Shown in pieces: positions 37,670 to 51,266 of a DNA stretch of 64,000 bases. The position numbers and the translations under genes are program-made. The notes under the pieces were generated by a model, which did not search any database, was not told the origin of the DNA, and worked only from the letters and a program-made list of their open reading frames with translations. The stretch's first letter is position 1. Each line of letters opens with the position of its first letter. Origin of the DNA: Cirrosporium novae-zelandiae (taxonomy: Eukaryota); contig JAPETS010000007.1 of assembly GCA_026023565.1 (NCBI GenBank), positions 620,001 through 684,000 of the forward strand, in the 5' to 3' direction.

Positions 37670-39388
37670 TTACAAAGTCGCTTGTACTGTCTTCTCAGTT
37701 TCGGCGGCTTCAGCATGTTCCTTATCGGCACCAAAGTCGGCTTCAGCACGAGCTGGCATAACCCATTCCTGACTCTTCCATGGTTTGACGTGCATGATAT
37801 ACATGGTATCAATTTCCTCAAGTGTACGTCCTTTTGTCTCGCAGACGAAGAAGTAGACAATGAGAGCTGCTGCAAAACAGCAGGCGCAGAAAACGTAACC
37901 GAAACGGTAGTCGATAGCACTGAGAATGAAGGGAGTGAAGAAACTGATGAGGAAGTTCCACAGCCAATTGGAAGCAGTTGCAAGACCATTGCAAGTAGCA
38001 CGGTAGCGGGCTGGGTACATTTCACTAGTGATGGCCCAAGCAATTGGACCCCAGGTAGTGGCGAAACCGCAGATGAAGAGGCAGGTAAAGACAATCAAAA
38101 CATCACCAGCACCGGGCGTATTTGAAGGGTCATCACGGTCAAGAGCGAAATGACCGACGGAAGCAAAGACCAAAAAGCACACAAACATCCAAAGGGCACC
38201 GCCAATAAGCGAAGCACGGCGTCCATAATGTTCGACGATATATAGACCAAGGAAGGTAATTCCAAAGTTGACGCCACCCAGAATGATCTGGGTCACGTAG
38301 CTGTCACTGATACCGGTGGATTGGAAGATGGAGTTTCCGTAGTAGAAGATGAAATTGGCACCACTCAGTTGCTGAAGAGCCTGGATGGTCATACCAAGTA
38401 TTGTCCGATAAAGCATTCTTGGGCCAGTGAAGATTTCCAACAAGCCTGCTTTGCCGGCCTTGCGTTCGATTTGAAGTTTTTCTTCCATGTCTTGGAGTTC
38501 TTCGGCAATGACACGATGGTTTTCAGATACACCGTAAAGAGCAGCCAAGACAGAGCGTGCTTCTTCAACACGTCCACAACGGTAGGCGTAACGAGGAGAC
38601 TCGGGAAGAGTGAGGATACCAACACCGAGAACGAAAGGCCAAATGAAGCCAACGCCCATAACGATCCTCCAGGATGCAGCCGAGTCAATGCCCTTGGTAC
38701 CGTAATTGATGAGGTACGAGACGAAGATACCGAAGGCGATGAACAATTGGAAGGCACTGACCATAGCACCACGAACTTGTCGAGGAGATGATTCGGATTG
38801 ATACATAGGGACCAAACTGGAAAGGGCACCAACGCCCAAGCCAGCAACTAGACGGCCAATGGCAACTTGATACCATGCGTCGGTGGTAGCGATTTGAATC
38901 ACTATGCCGACGACGTTGATAACGGACCAAAAGGCAATAGAGAATTTTCGACCCATTTTGTCAGCAATAGGCGCAGCAGCCAAAGCTCCGATCATAGTAC
39001 CAATGCAAATCTAACCAAGTCAATTAGATTAATTCAAGCTTAACAAGAGATCAGAAGTTCTTACCAATGCAACGATAAGACCACTTCGAACGTCACTGAA
39101 GGCATATTCGCCTGTTGCTTCATCATATTCGGCGAAACGTCGCTTGAAGTCACTCATGGTTTCGAAACCAGAAATTTGACCTAAGGTTGGATGTTAGGCA
39201 TTATTCAATGAATCTATGATGGGATGAAGCATACCAGTGTTGTAACCAAAGATGAAACCGCCCATGGAGGCAATTATACCCAGCACGAAAGTCCTCCATG
39301 TCAAATACTTGATCGGACTATCATCGTAGCCAGTAATCTCCGCCTTCTCAGCATCTGGGGATGCTGGAGTACTGTTGTCGAGAGCCAT
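37670..39388 (-). CDS. MFS sugar porter, hexose transporter (exons 39388-39235, 39180-39065, 39010-37670)
   Basis: GGFIFGYNTGQISGF, ADKMGRK, PESPR, QQLSGANFIFYY, GRR, WGPIAW, ETKGRTLEEID. Confidence 0.96.
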
Positions 39389-42300
39389 CTTGTTAGGGTG
39401 CAATGTTGTTGAGGTTGTCGTGGATTGCAAAGGTCAAACACTGTGGAGAGAATATGGAGAGGACTCCAATATTTATCCTAGGACGTGGAGGCGAAAGATC
39501 TGGTCAGGAGGCTTAATTGTCAGGTGGTCCCGCTCCAGAACATCGAGTCTACCGTCAAAGGGCAATTTCTGATAGGAGACGGTACTCATCAGGTGTTCCT
39601 TGGTTTCAACGATTTTTGAGCGAAGACCGCCCGGATCCGAGAGTACTTACTTGGTAACAGGGAACCAACGGAGGCAAGTCTGTTGTGAGGCTGTCGCCAG
39701 AGCGTTCTCTTACTCCTTAGCTGACTGGGATAAACATGTTTTCCTATGAGAAGCTTCTCCGCAGGCCGCTCCACGAGGAGCGCATCCCTCTCAGGTACTA
39801 GTTCTCAAAAATTATACTACAGTAATCCGAAGATCGAGTTAGGAAATGGTGCCGATTCTTCCAGATGTCAGATTTTTTGAGGGGACGCTGGGGCAATACG
39901 GGGAGTAACAACTGTACTGGAGTACTGGTAAAGATCCGCGACAAGAAAAAAAGTGGGAGAGTGGGTGCCCGCATTGTCGGAGCCCATTGATACGATTAGC
40001 ATCTAAGCGGTACAAAGATGAGCATGGACAATACGATACCAGTAATGATGACTGTATCGAAATTCAATGGTAAAGAAGGGTCCATTAAGGGAAGGACTAT
40101 CCTAATGTTCGAGGTCACACCATGGATGATGCTAAGGGAAAAGGTTAAGTTGGATGCAAATGATTTGTCATGCTCGTATCTACTCTTTACATGACAAGGT
40201 CGGGTCGATCGTTCGGCATTTGATTTGAAGAAAAATCAGATTGATAGAGGAACAGTGTGCCATCATGAGGTTCATCGAAGATGAGTTGTGTGGATTATGG
40301 CGTAGCAAGGAGCGGGTACAGCCGCACACACACACGCACAAAAACCACAAATAAAGAATCAATTAAATCAAAAGTTCAAAGCAGAAGCAAAGCCGATATT
40401 GCGGTGGAACCCTATTGAACCCTATGAGGGCCGTGAAGTATCGAGCATGTTATTTTATCACCCATGTCTCCTTCATTGCCTTTTGATGGGATAAACTTCG
40501 GTAGGTTCAGCCCCCACTTTTCGTCTTCGTCTTGTCTCGAAATTCTTTTACTGGGGCAGGCCAAGGAGATGAAAGAAAGGAAGAAAGAAAGAGAAGTAAA
40601 ATTCTACTTAGTATTATTTACCACCACACGACCACAGTATAGTATATAGCCTACAGCCTGATATGCACAACACCAAAAGATAAAGATAAAGGATGTGTGA
40701 AGACAAGACAAGATAATCAAAAGATGGGAATAATAATTTGATAAGGCGATGATCGACTGTGGCTGACTTTAGGGAAAGATGCTAATGATGGTTCGGTTAA
40801 CTCGGCCCCCTTCAATTATACCAAAAGCTTAATTAGTGACAATTGCTCCACTTGATTTTTTGATTGTTACATGCCTGGGTACTCCTCACTGAAACTGACC
40901 ATTAGCTAATAATCCCTGCTCATGTGACTTGACTTTAACCGAAGAATTCTTAAATTTGTCATTTCCCGATTTTTATCCATCGGCATTTGATCCTTCACCA
41001 CATTATCGTTCACACTGTTTAGCCGTGAAGGAAAATAAAAAAGAAAAGAACAAATGCATAGGAAATCTGTCTCTATCTCTCTATTCAACTTCATAATCAA
41101 AAAAACTACTTTCTATATACACGTACAAAAAAAATCTTACAAAAAAAACCCCAGTCAGCTAACCTATTAGACCGACCTAACCCCAGCAAACGTGACATAA
41201 TCAATCACACCCCAAGTGTAGTATCCCCGAAAAGCAACCGAAAGACAGAATACAGAGAGACAGAAAAAAAATGCTGAAGAATTTGCTTGCGTACTTTTCC
41301 CTACCTTTTTAGTGGTCTATGTTTAGATTTACCTAACAGCTATTAATCAACAATGGCACCGTGTTTTCTGAGATAATCACACTCCACCCTCATTGTCACT
41401 GTAACCCTTTCTCTCTCGAATTCTGTGGGTATCAAAAATTTACAGCAACCACTAGCAGAGCCTATCTGTATTCATTGTCAAGCCGTGATTATGAAACACG
41501 TCTGGATTTATCTGTTCGACAATGCCTATTTCCGACGGCGACGGGACATTAGGAAATACAGTCAACTTTGGCTAACAAGTAGTTTTACGCCACTACGACC
41601 TGCCCATATTCGCCATCTATAATAAATACCAAATAACAAAAATCCCACGAAATACCTTCATCGGAAGTTATCGAAAGGGTAGGTTGCCCAAATAGGAAAG
41701 ACAAGCGCCTTGAGTCTTCGTCATCCAAATGCGGAATATGATCCAGCAGTAGGAAAAGCGGTATCTCGATATATCTCGGCTACTTGGCCATCTTCTGCAT
41801 GGGCAGACCATCGGGCCGGAAATAGAAGTAAGTAATCATGTTGGGACAGTGCTTGTGTTTCTGCCTCAGGCATTCGTTCTTGTTTAACTCTCTCTCATCC
41901 AATCAAAACATGTCAAAAGACGTAACATACACCAGTATGCGACTACCTGTGGGGCAAACACCTTGACCTAATTGCAACTTCGACCTGTTACAACAACAAT
42001 CCATGTCCAAGATCGGTGTTGATCACCATTATTTCTTATAGAATCTGTTGTTTCTTTCCACTCAATTATTCTGCTACAAGTCATTCCCCGGATGGGCCAA
42101 GGCTTTGCCTAAAATGTATCCATTACAGGCCACTAGAGGGGGGCCTCCGATGAGCTGATTTGGCTTTATGCAGCCATTGCAACAATGTGTCAACAATCTT
42201 TCGATATTGTTTCTTATGATTTCATACTTGTATTATACGTTTTCATCACATGCTTCAAGTTGTTCCAAGCTCTGAGGGAATTGCGGGTAAAACTCGGAAA

Positions 42301-45300
42301 ACCTTCCCCGTACATTTTGATAACGCCAAATTGGGAAGTCTGGGGAACTCCAGTTCACGCAAACCCTCCCCGTAGCAATTGTTACCCTTTATTATCGCTG
42401 GGCCAACGACTAGACAAGACAACAGTCAGGCTGTGTTAAGGGGGGTGGTCGAACTTCATACTAACAGTTGTCTCACAGGTAGGGGAGTGTTCATGGTATA
42501 CGTGCTGCTTTGCTCTGATTCTATTGTACATGCCTGCTTGATAGTCTGCTACTTTTTTCCAGCCAGACTGCAAAGTATGAGGCGTGCCCAATCTGATGGA
42601 CTATAGTAGATCGTTTTCGCCTCCTTTAACAAGATTTGCAGTACGCAATGAACGGTCAAGCTGGCCTATTAAACTATTGAGCAGTCGGTAAGGACATAAT
42701 CTAACATTGATTTAAATCTAATTCCTCTTGTGGGGTATGTGCAACTCTTCTTGCGGGGCTCTATCTCTCTTACCTGGTCGATATCGGAGATGCTATTATG
42801 AACAGAGTACCAGCTCCACCAAAAGGAGCCCTGAAACCATGTGAGCAACCTGCTTGACATTCTCCTCCCCCTTGTCTAGTTACGTGCAGCCATCCTTGTA
42901 ACATGAGTCAAGAAAGCACTCTAAGTGGTCTGTGTGAGACCGCTCCTGTTATACATACTCTATGGAATCTGGATTTGGAACGTATCAGTCCGAATACGCA
43001 TACGGTTCCTTCACTTTGCTTGAAATGAAATTCTTTCCGTGATACACAAAATACGTAACTAGACGGTCAGGTAGTTTTCTTTCGCGTCTCAAAATGGTTA
43101 ATGTTGTCTTTTGGTTTGGGACTGTCACCATCTGCTCAAACCCTTGTAGGTTTCCAATACCGACAAGGAGAATAGACACCGCTAAATCCCGAGAATTGAT
43201 GGATCGCATAAAGTCCCTTCTTCGGGAGGCCTTCAAGGATGATACTGTCTATTGGGTCTGACCATAATCACTCTATTTTCTTTGTTAATGTTGGTCGGTT
43301 TCGCTGGAATTAGTTATAAAGTTCGGTGGATGATATTACAACAGGCTTGGTAACGTGGTAACCAGGGTCCTAGAAGGAACAAACACCCTTAGTCCTGCTA
43401 GCAGTTCAAGGGATAGCAGAGAATATGCGGGGGTTGTAAACTCCCATCGCGACTACTTCTCATTTCTATTAAGGTACATGCAACACCTTTGTTCTTGTTA
43501 TCGTGAGAATAGAGAGACGCCAATAATACCTCGATAGGAACCCAACGCATGTTCCTGTTACAATAATACTTTGGCAGTTACTTCTAGCATTTCAATAGGG
43601 CTCTCCTTGTTAAATTCTCTCACGTCCTGTCGAAAAGGAATGTTCAGTTGCGATTCTCTCCGGTCTCGTCATATTAGTTTCCAACAGACACCGACTAGGT
43701 TTAGGTTGATTTTGAGGACTTGCGACTTTCCTTTCAAGAATGTTTGAGCCGTCAACACCTTCACATCTTTTATCTGAGTTCTTCTCCAATTCACAATACA
43801 ACCGATTTCTTTCCGGTTTCTTCCTATCTGGACGAGTATTCATTGGCATACTACAATCCTTGGCAATTTTATAATGAGTGGAAAAGCCAAGCTCATTAGA
43901 CCATATGACTGGGCAGTGCAAGAGAGGGTTTCGTCATATCCCCAATACACAAATTAAACTTATTTTCCGGGAATTTCTCCTGTAACCGACACCAAACAAT
44001 ATGTTATCGAGTTTTTCCCGTTCTGGTTTCATCGCCACAGCCCTTTGAAGTGACAAGTTCATAAGGTTGCGAACATTCTTTATTGGTGGATCCAATTTGA
44101 CCCCACGATTCCTTCACTCCACAAAATAATATCATGCAACTTTTCTCGGGACTTAGTAACTCATTTTCAAAAAAAATTGGAGAAGTGGTAGAAAGGTTAT
44201 GCATGCTGTGATAACACTTCATGGCTTAACTAAATAGTAGCCAACGAATACGAGGACATTCTGCTTGGCTGATTTTATCGCGAAGCAAGCAACACAGGAC
44301 AGGGTTGGGAACAAAAATAGTATAATCCTTAGGGGAACTGTAAGTAAAAAACGAGTAGATAAATAGATGTGCGGGAAAAGGTATTGCGTAGGCTCTAAAA
44401 TATGGTAACAGTCTGAGTAAACGCCTATTATGATTATTCGGATTATGTATATGCATATTTTTCTTTCTAGTAATTGTCTACATCTCTCTCTCCCTTCTAA
44501 AGAATTCGAAGTTTTCGATTATTTTGTTTATTAGTTTTTTTTTTTGCATCTAGACAAAACAAAAGAAATCTAGTCGTAGTAAAAATAATATGAGTAGTGG
44601 TTAAGGAGATGGGGGGTAATATAGTCTCTATGTAACTAATAAAACATTAACCACCTAGGGAGGGATTTTAGGTATTTAAGAATATAATATTACACTCTAG
44701 ACTAGAACCCTTGCTCCAACACATAATCTACCACGATTTATAAAACATAGCTAAAGAGAGGGGAACAACCCCGCCCCAGCTTAAATACTTATGGTTAATT
44801 GTAGAGTTGTCCTTAAACTTCGAATGAGAAAGAGTGAGTAGTGCCTGGTAAGCTAGATAGAAGAGGGGGAGAGTTCTCGAGTATATCAAAATATAATAAT
44901 ATAATAGCCTCAAACTTTCTTGTTCTTCTTCTTAAGAATGTGTTACTAGTCTAGTGGTTCTTATGTTTCGTTTCCCAGATAGTCCATTCACAAACCTTTT
45001 TAAGAAAGAGTACGATTTAAAACTTGTTATTCATTCAGATGGGAAATTTAAGTTTCGCTCTATTAACAATGATATTTATACGATATAATATAGACTGCGC
45101 CCAAGTACGATTCTCCTCGCCCTGACTATACCCCCTTGTCAGTCTCACTTGCGGTACTACAAGTGGATTTTTTACTCCTCTCTATTAACCCCTCAACTGC
45201 CAATTGAATCATGTCACTTTTTTTATTTGAAAAGAGAAGTTGATCAATCTAGTAAGTACAGTAGTTGGAGACTGTGGAATCCTAACCCAGGAACATCTAG

Positions 45301-46777
45301 ACCCATAGGCCGTCTGATTTATCAATATAATAAGTACTATAGGACAGAATCAGTGTCTGTTTGATTTGATATACTTACCATCCCTTATTAATTGGCCTTT
45401 TCTTTTGCGACTGTGTCCTTTGTTGAACCCATCCTATGATACCAACCAGAAATTTTTTTGTCGTCTGTTGTTATTTTTTTCAATACTCTGCAGATTTTTA
45501 TCTATGTTCATAAAATGAACCGGTTGATAGATATCCGGACACGCTGTTAAACACATGGAGTCGTTCTTTCTCACTGGGGGATACGGCGATACACTCATCT
45601 CGAATCCTAGGTCTTCATGCCCTGTATGATAGTTCTATGAACTTGGCCTAGCATGGAGGTTTTGCCACTTGGCTTCAAAATTCTGTTATACATATGTATG
45701 ACAGGTAGGCTATCACCGTCTACCTGCTGTGAACACTAGGAACCCCCTTAATTGGGTTATTGAAAATTAAGGGCTTCTGGAGGAGTTGGTCCTTTTCTAT
45801 CTTTATGCGATATTACCCTTGGCATTAGATAGGATAAGCTTGCTTGTCATTACGATCAGTACTAACGGTTCTAGAAAAACACAATTGCTGTCCGCGATAG
45901 GCTGAGGAATGACTCGGTTGAGTGGGATGTTGGTCCTTGTTGGACTCGGAAGGCGTGGACCATGAATTGTTCAATGAAAGGAAATATCTTATTTGATTGA
46001 GATTGCTATTCTTTGTCCTCTCGTGGCATCTTAATGGTATGCCCTCTTAGGGAGGGCTTCGAGTCATTCCATAGCGGGCTTCTTAGAAATAAATATAGGG
46101 TCCTTGCCACATCGTAGTTGCAGATTCTTCAGTGATGTGACTACACCATTTGGATAGAGTAGGGCTAGATCCAAGATCTCGATGCCTGAGGGGAAAATCT
46201 TATAATGCGTTCTTAAAGATGTTCTCAAATATAGGTAAACGGTCGAAGAGTATTGTCAACGTAAGAATATATAGGAAAATTGATGAAAAAGAGAATTTAG
46301 AAACTCAAATTCAAAATGCCAAATCAGCTGTAGCTCTGAGACCATGGAGGCAGAAGAAAAAGTCAGCTGGGAATACCCCGTAGATAAGTCTATCCATGCT
46401 ATATTATTGCCTCGGGATCATACATATAATAAATATATTTGCTGGCGCACCTCATTTTGACTCAAATGGCGACTACCGATGACCGTAACCCGGCCAGCGG
46501 CGCCTCCAATCTCCCGACCCCCCGATTGCAGCTTCTAGAAACTTTTTCGAAGCTTAACTCTCTATCTCTCTGTCTTGAGGTGTTCTCCCTCTTATTCTAC
46601 CTTAATTACCGTTTCCCTCGTCAAACATAATTAACAGAAATTTTGAGAATGGGCTTATAGCACCAATCGGTAAACCCTCATATATCCAAATTAACCCCGA
46701 AAGGAAAAAAAAAAGAAAGAAAGGAATCCGAGGGCGCCCCATAAATAAGAGCTCCGCCGCACGCACGCGAGGCAGTC

Positions 46778-47918
46778 ATGCCGTCCATACCAGCCCTCCC
46801 ACAGTTCAACCCGCTTCGCTTCCGCTCCTACGTCTTCCGCCTTCCACTCTTCACACGGATAGCACTATTTTTGATCGTTGTTGTATGGATTGCAGAGTTA
46901 CAGAGTGTATGGAGTGTGGAAAAATGGGGGGCCTTGATTCCGAGTGAAATCAATATAACCACGTGTATGTTGTCTGTCCTATTAGGAGAACAAAAATATA
47001 TGTTCAAGATGGAGAGGACGTGGTTTTCTACTTTTCAGATTTTTTGGGGCAGATTGGGACACCGACTGACGTTGTTGAGACTTGGGGGGATAAATAGTGT
47101 ACCGATTAAACACATATCCATTCATTCACCTTGGATTCCTCCACGCCTTTTTCAATTGCTTGGCCTTGGTCCCATTGATGGAGCGATTTGAAGCCGAACA
47201 CGGGACCCTGCTATCCTTCGTTATGTTTACAGGCCGTAAGTCCCTCTACAAGATATGCATATATATATTTGCTGGATTTTAGATTGACAAAGATTGGCAA
47301 CAGCTCTCTCCACATTCCCTGCAGCTGGATACCTGATAGTAGAAAGAGGAATATTCGGAGGTGACACTGCCGTAGAAGGCGCAAGGTTTGTATCTCATCC
47401 CATCGCTGTCCCATTTCAAACTACCAACCACCCTTTGCAACAAACATCAGACTAAAGCCCCATCCTCTTCCAGCGTCTGGGTCTTCGTACTCCTTGGAGT
47501 CGAGGCCATCAAAACCTACCGCAGCGACCCTTACTTCACCCTCTCTACAACAAAAATCCCTACCTGGACAACCCCCCTTATCCTCGCCACCGTCATAAAA
47601 ATCCTGGTCCCAGCCACCTCCTTCCTCGGCCACCTCTGCGCCGTCAGCACCGGCTACCTCTTCGGTCTCGGCTACTTGAAATTCATGGCACCCCCCGAGA
47701 AAATAATGCGTTGGATTGAGGGAAAGCTAAATTTGTTGGGCAGATTGCCACACTATGTTAGTATCGACCAGAAGACTTTTGGACGGTATGGCGTGTTGCC
47801 TACGAGGGAAGCTGGCGGGATGACGCTGAGGGAGTTGGGTGGTGGTAGTGGTGCGGGGGATGCTAATGGGAATACGGGAAGTGGGTATATTGGATCGACG
47901 CAGAGGTTGGGACCATGA
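46778..47918 (+). CDS. RBD2: Rhomboid protein 2 (exons about 46778-46964, 47098-47235, 47303-47385, 47474-47918)
   Basis: YRLNTYPFIH, HAFFN, ERFEAEHGT, catalytic GAS across a splice junction, SFLGHL, LPHYVSIDQKTFGRYGVLP. Confidence 0.92.
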
Positions 47919-48049
47919 AAACATGCCCGTCCGTCTGGATTATGCTTATATGTGTATGACATTCCGAAAGAAAGAGGAGATGGATGGGATGTTTTTAAAT
48001 GAGTGTGGATGGATAGATGGATGAATATTTGCATCTGCTCTCATCATCA

Positions 48050-48470
48050 TTAAAAGACGGGAGCAAAAATGCGTTTCGCTGGCTGGCTGGCTGGCTAGCT
48101 GGAGGGTAGGATGGGGTTTGGACATGGACATGGAGTTGAATGGGACGGATATCTAGTTGTTTATTTGTCCTTCCGTCCGTCTATCTATGTCTGGATCGCG
48201 CGCGCACACACATACACACCCGCACCCGCATAAGCCGTTATTAGCAGGAATGGAGGGAGGGGAGGGGAGGGAGTGTTATAGATGACACAAGGGAATACAA
48301 GTTATAATTATTATACGGGATAACTACTTATACTTAATAGATGAATCAAATGTGATGCAATGCGATGCAATTCATTAGTATGTATTGATGTTGATACTTG
48401 CAATATAATTATCTTTTTATGTCTATGTTTATATGAGTTAGGGATGATTGATTGATTGATTGATTCCACA
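48050..48470. repeat. Low-complexity microsatellite patch between the RBD2 and UBP8 3' ends
   Basis: (GCTG)n near 48077, CG/CA runs near 48198, GGAG runs near 48252, (GATT)n near 48447. Confidence 0.6.
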
Positions 48471-48859
48471 TGGCTTTTATGCGTATGTAACGCAATGTGT
48501 TACGATGGAGCATACATCGATCTTATATAGTAATTAACCAATTACTGTTTGTAATAACGTAGAAATTTCTTGCTTATCTGCCTCGCTAGCTAAGTGCTTT
48601 GTATAATAGTTATAGCATATCTCGTCGCCAAAAGAAAATATAAAAAAAAAACATTAGAGGATAGGATTTTTGTTTGTCCTGCCTTCCCTTGGTATCTTGG
48701 TACAACCCCTCCCCACCCGAATCATCACTTGAAAAATAATATCATTTGATGGGGATCCGTGCCAGCCGGATTGATGGAATCAGACAACCATCTAGTGCCG
48801 TACTAGTTCAGGACCCTTGTCCTTCTTCTTCATTCCCAGGCACCAGTCCAGGTCTCCTT

Positions 48860-50504
48860 TCACTCTTCTATCATTGCAGTTCCAACACTCCTCCGCATAT
48901 AAAGCAGAAGGTAAGCATCCTTACTGAGAACCTCGGCCTCGCTAACCTGAACAACTTTATGATCATCAAAGTAAAACCAGTCAGTGGCCTGCCTACAATA
49001 TGCGACATAGTGACCGGCGTCGGTCTTGCCGTTTTCGCTTTTATGTACGACAACACTCATGAGGTCGAAAATACAGCGGGGGCGGGGTTTCTCTTTCCTT
49101 TCTTTCTTAAAATTGTGGCGAGGGGTGAGGTACGGCTGCATGTTTAGCACGAGGGGGAAGGAGACAGGCGTCTCGAGTTTGTGGGAGTGTTCGAGGATCA
49201 TGTCGAAGCGTTTAAGGGTTATGCAGAGGATGCTTGGGACGCGTCTGAATTTCAAGCGTTTGGTTGCAGGTTGTTTGCCGATTGTTGGTGCGCAGTGGGA
49301 GCACTCGTAGGGCTCATCATTTTCTTCTGGGGTAATGTAGGCTCGAAGGAGCGAGGTTAAGTCTAGTGGCTTGGAAGGCGAAGCAGGTTTGCCTGCTGCT
49401 TTTTTGGAGGATGCGTTCATCGCAAGATTGAGATCCACAATTGGGTCATCAATTCGACTTGGATTGTGGCATGTTTTACAGGTAATGGTGCTGCGAAGCT
49501 TACCGTAAAAGGCACGGTGGAAGAAACAGCGGCATTTAGAGTCGTCAATGCCAATGTCTTCGGGAGCACAGTTTGTTTTGTGCAGCTGGTCCAAGAACAA
49601 CCCAAAAAACTCGTGGCAGTCTTGTTGGCCGTAACCACTCATGTCCTTGGAGTGCTTCCAGATATTTAGAAGGAGCTTCGGGGTTGGGGTGGAGAGACTG
49701 TCGGTTTTCGATGTATCCCAGCAGTCGGTAATAATTTCGTCAAAGGAGCAGGAGAGGCAAGCCTCGCGCTCGCAGTCCTTGGCATGGTGGCGATCCTGAA
49801 GAAAGAAATTGGAGACTAGTGGAACGTGAATGAGGGCTTGCAGCACGGCGCCCATGTAGCAGGATAGACCGAGATTATAAATGCCTTTAAGGGCGGGAAT
49901 ACCACAAGACTTTTTTATTGCATTCCCGTCGATCATTGTGAGCTCTTCGCTATCGCGCTTCCGCTTTCTTGTCACTGTGGGATAACTTAGCGAATTCTGT
50001 AAATGAGGTGGGCATACTGACCTGGATCGGCGACAACCGCATCTAGGTGTGGATCGTATACAAAGTCATTGCAGGAATTACAAAATACAGTTCCCGATCT
50101 AGAATCGACAGCTATTCTAAAGTTAGCTAGGCTCGATAATGACAAACAGCTTGAACTCACAGAAAAAATGAGCTTTCTCCTTTATATGTTTGTATTTCTC
50201 AACAAGCGTAAAGGTTGAAGGGCATTGCAAGCAAAAGAGGTAAGGCCGTAGAGATATCAGGCCAGCCTGAGGATATCCATGCATAGAGAGGCTACTTTTG
50301 AGGACTTCCTTCTGGATTTCCTTCCTACGTGCAATCATCTCTTCCTTGACCTGAGGGGTCTCTGAGAAGAGTTTATGCAAATGTTCTAATTGGGTCGTTA
50401 GAGAGATAACAGAACTTGGTTAGGATCAATGGCTTACCACACCCAGCCATAGTCGGATAGAGGCCTGAAAGCGGCGATGTAGCTTGGACGACAAAATTCT
50501 CCAT
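48860..50504 (-). CDS. UBP8: Ubiquitin-specific protease with N-terminal ZnF-UBP (SAGA deubiquitinase Ubp8-like)
   Basis: CLQC...H...H...VFCNSCNDFVYDP zinc finger; Cys box GIYNLGLSCYM; QQDCHEF; His box GHYVAY...WFYFDD. Confidence 0.88.
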
Positions 50505-51266
50505 GATAACCAGCTCAAGGGGATGTCAAGATAATTAAAGATTGAAACAATAGATTGATGCAAGTATGTGAAGTAAAGTGATGTGTGAAAAGCCGTCAAA
50601 AGCGGAAAGAAGAAGGACAGTAAATGTTGTGTGGCTGGGATTAGAAAAGGCCTTAAGTGCAGCCTTGGAAAGGGATTAAAATCTAGTATGGGGTGGGTGA
50701 AAAGAGGTCAGTCAATAGCATCCTTTCATGGGAAGGGTGATCATAAGAAACACGGCAGGAATATAAAAATCTCTGATATAGGTTTTTTTAGTGATGATGA
50801 ACAAGCAGTTGATGGAGGAAGAGCTAGCTCTCTTGCTTTCTTTGTCGAGGTCGGTCCCTGAAATTACCAAGGTCCGACTTTGACTTTGACGCAGTTAATT
50901 ACTCCAAAGTACTTTAACCCCGATCGGCAGCAGGGATTTGAGCGGAGCTTGTGTGGGTTAGCTTACTCAGCTAAAAAAATTGTTTAAACACATAACATAA
51001 GTACCATCATCACTTGAATGAATATTTGTTTAATTCATCCACCCACCATTTGAGTTCCAATTTATTACAAATTCCAGGTGTATCTCATAGATTCCCATGT
51101 CCAGTATATCTATGTCTAGAGAGATAATCCCACAAGGAAAGCTAGATGTGTTCGAATAAGACACCGCAACAAGACCCCTAGACACCCATCCCACCCCACT
51201 CCCAGTATTACCAGCCCTACTGTACAGCCTTCCGTATTAAACGGTGCAGCTCGCAATACATAGTCT

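Noticed and set aside
41557..41580. TACAGTCAACTTT resembling a Tc1/mariner terminus
   Set aside because: No matching inverted copy or transposase remnant was seen.
49850..49890. Divergent Ubp8 Cys box (NLGLSC) as a sign of a pseudo-enzyme
   Set aside because: The oxyanion Asn and the catalytic Cys, His and Asp are all retained.
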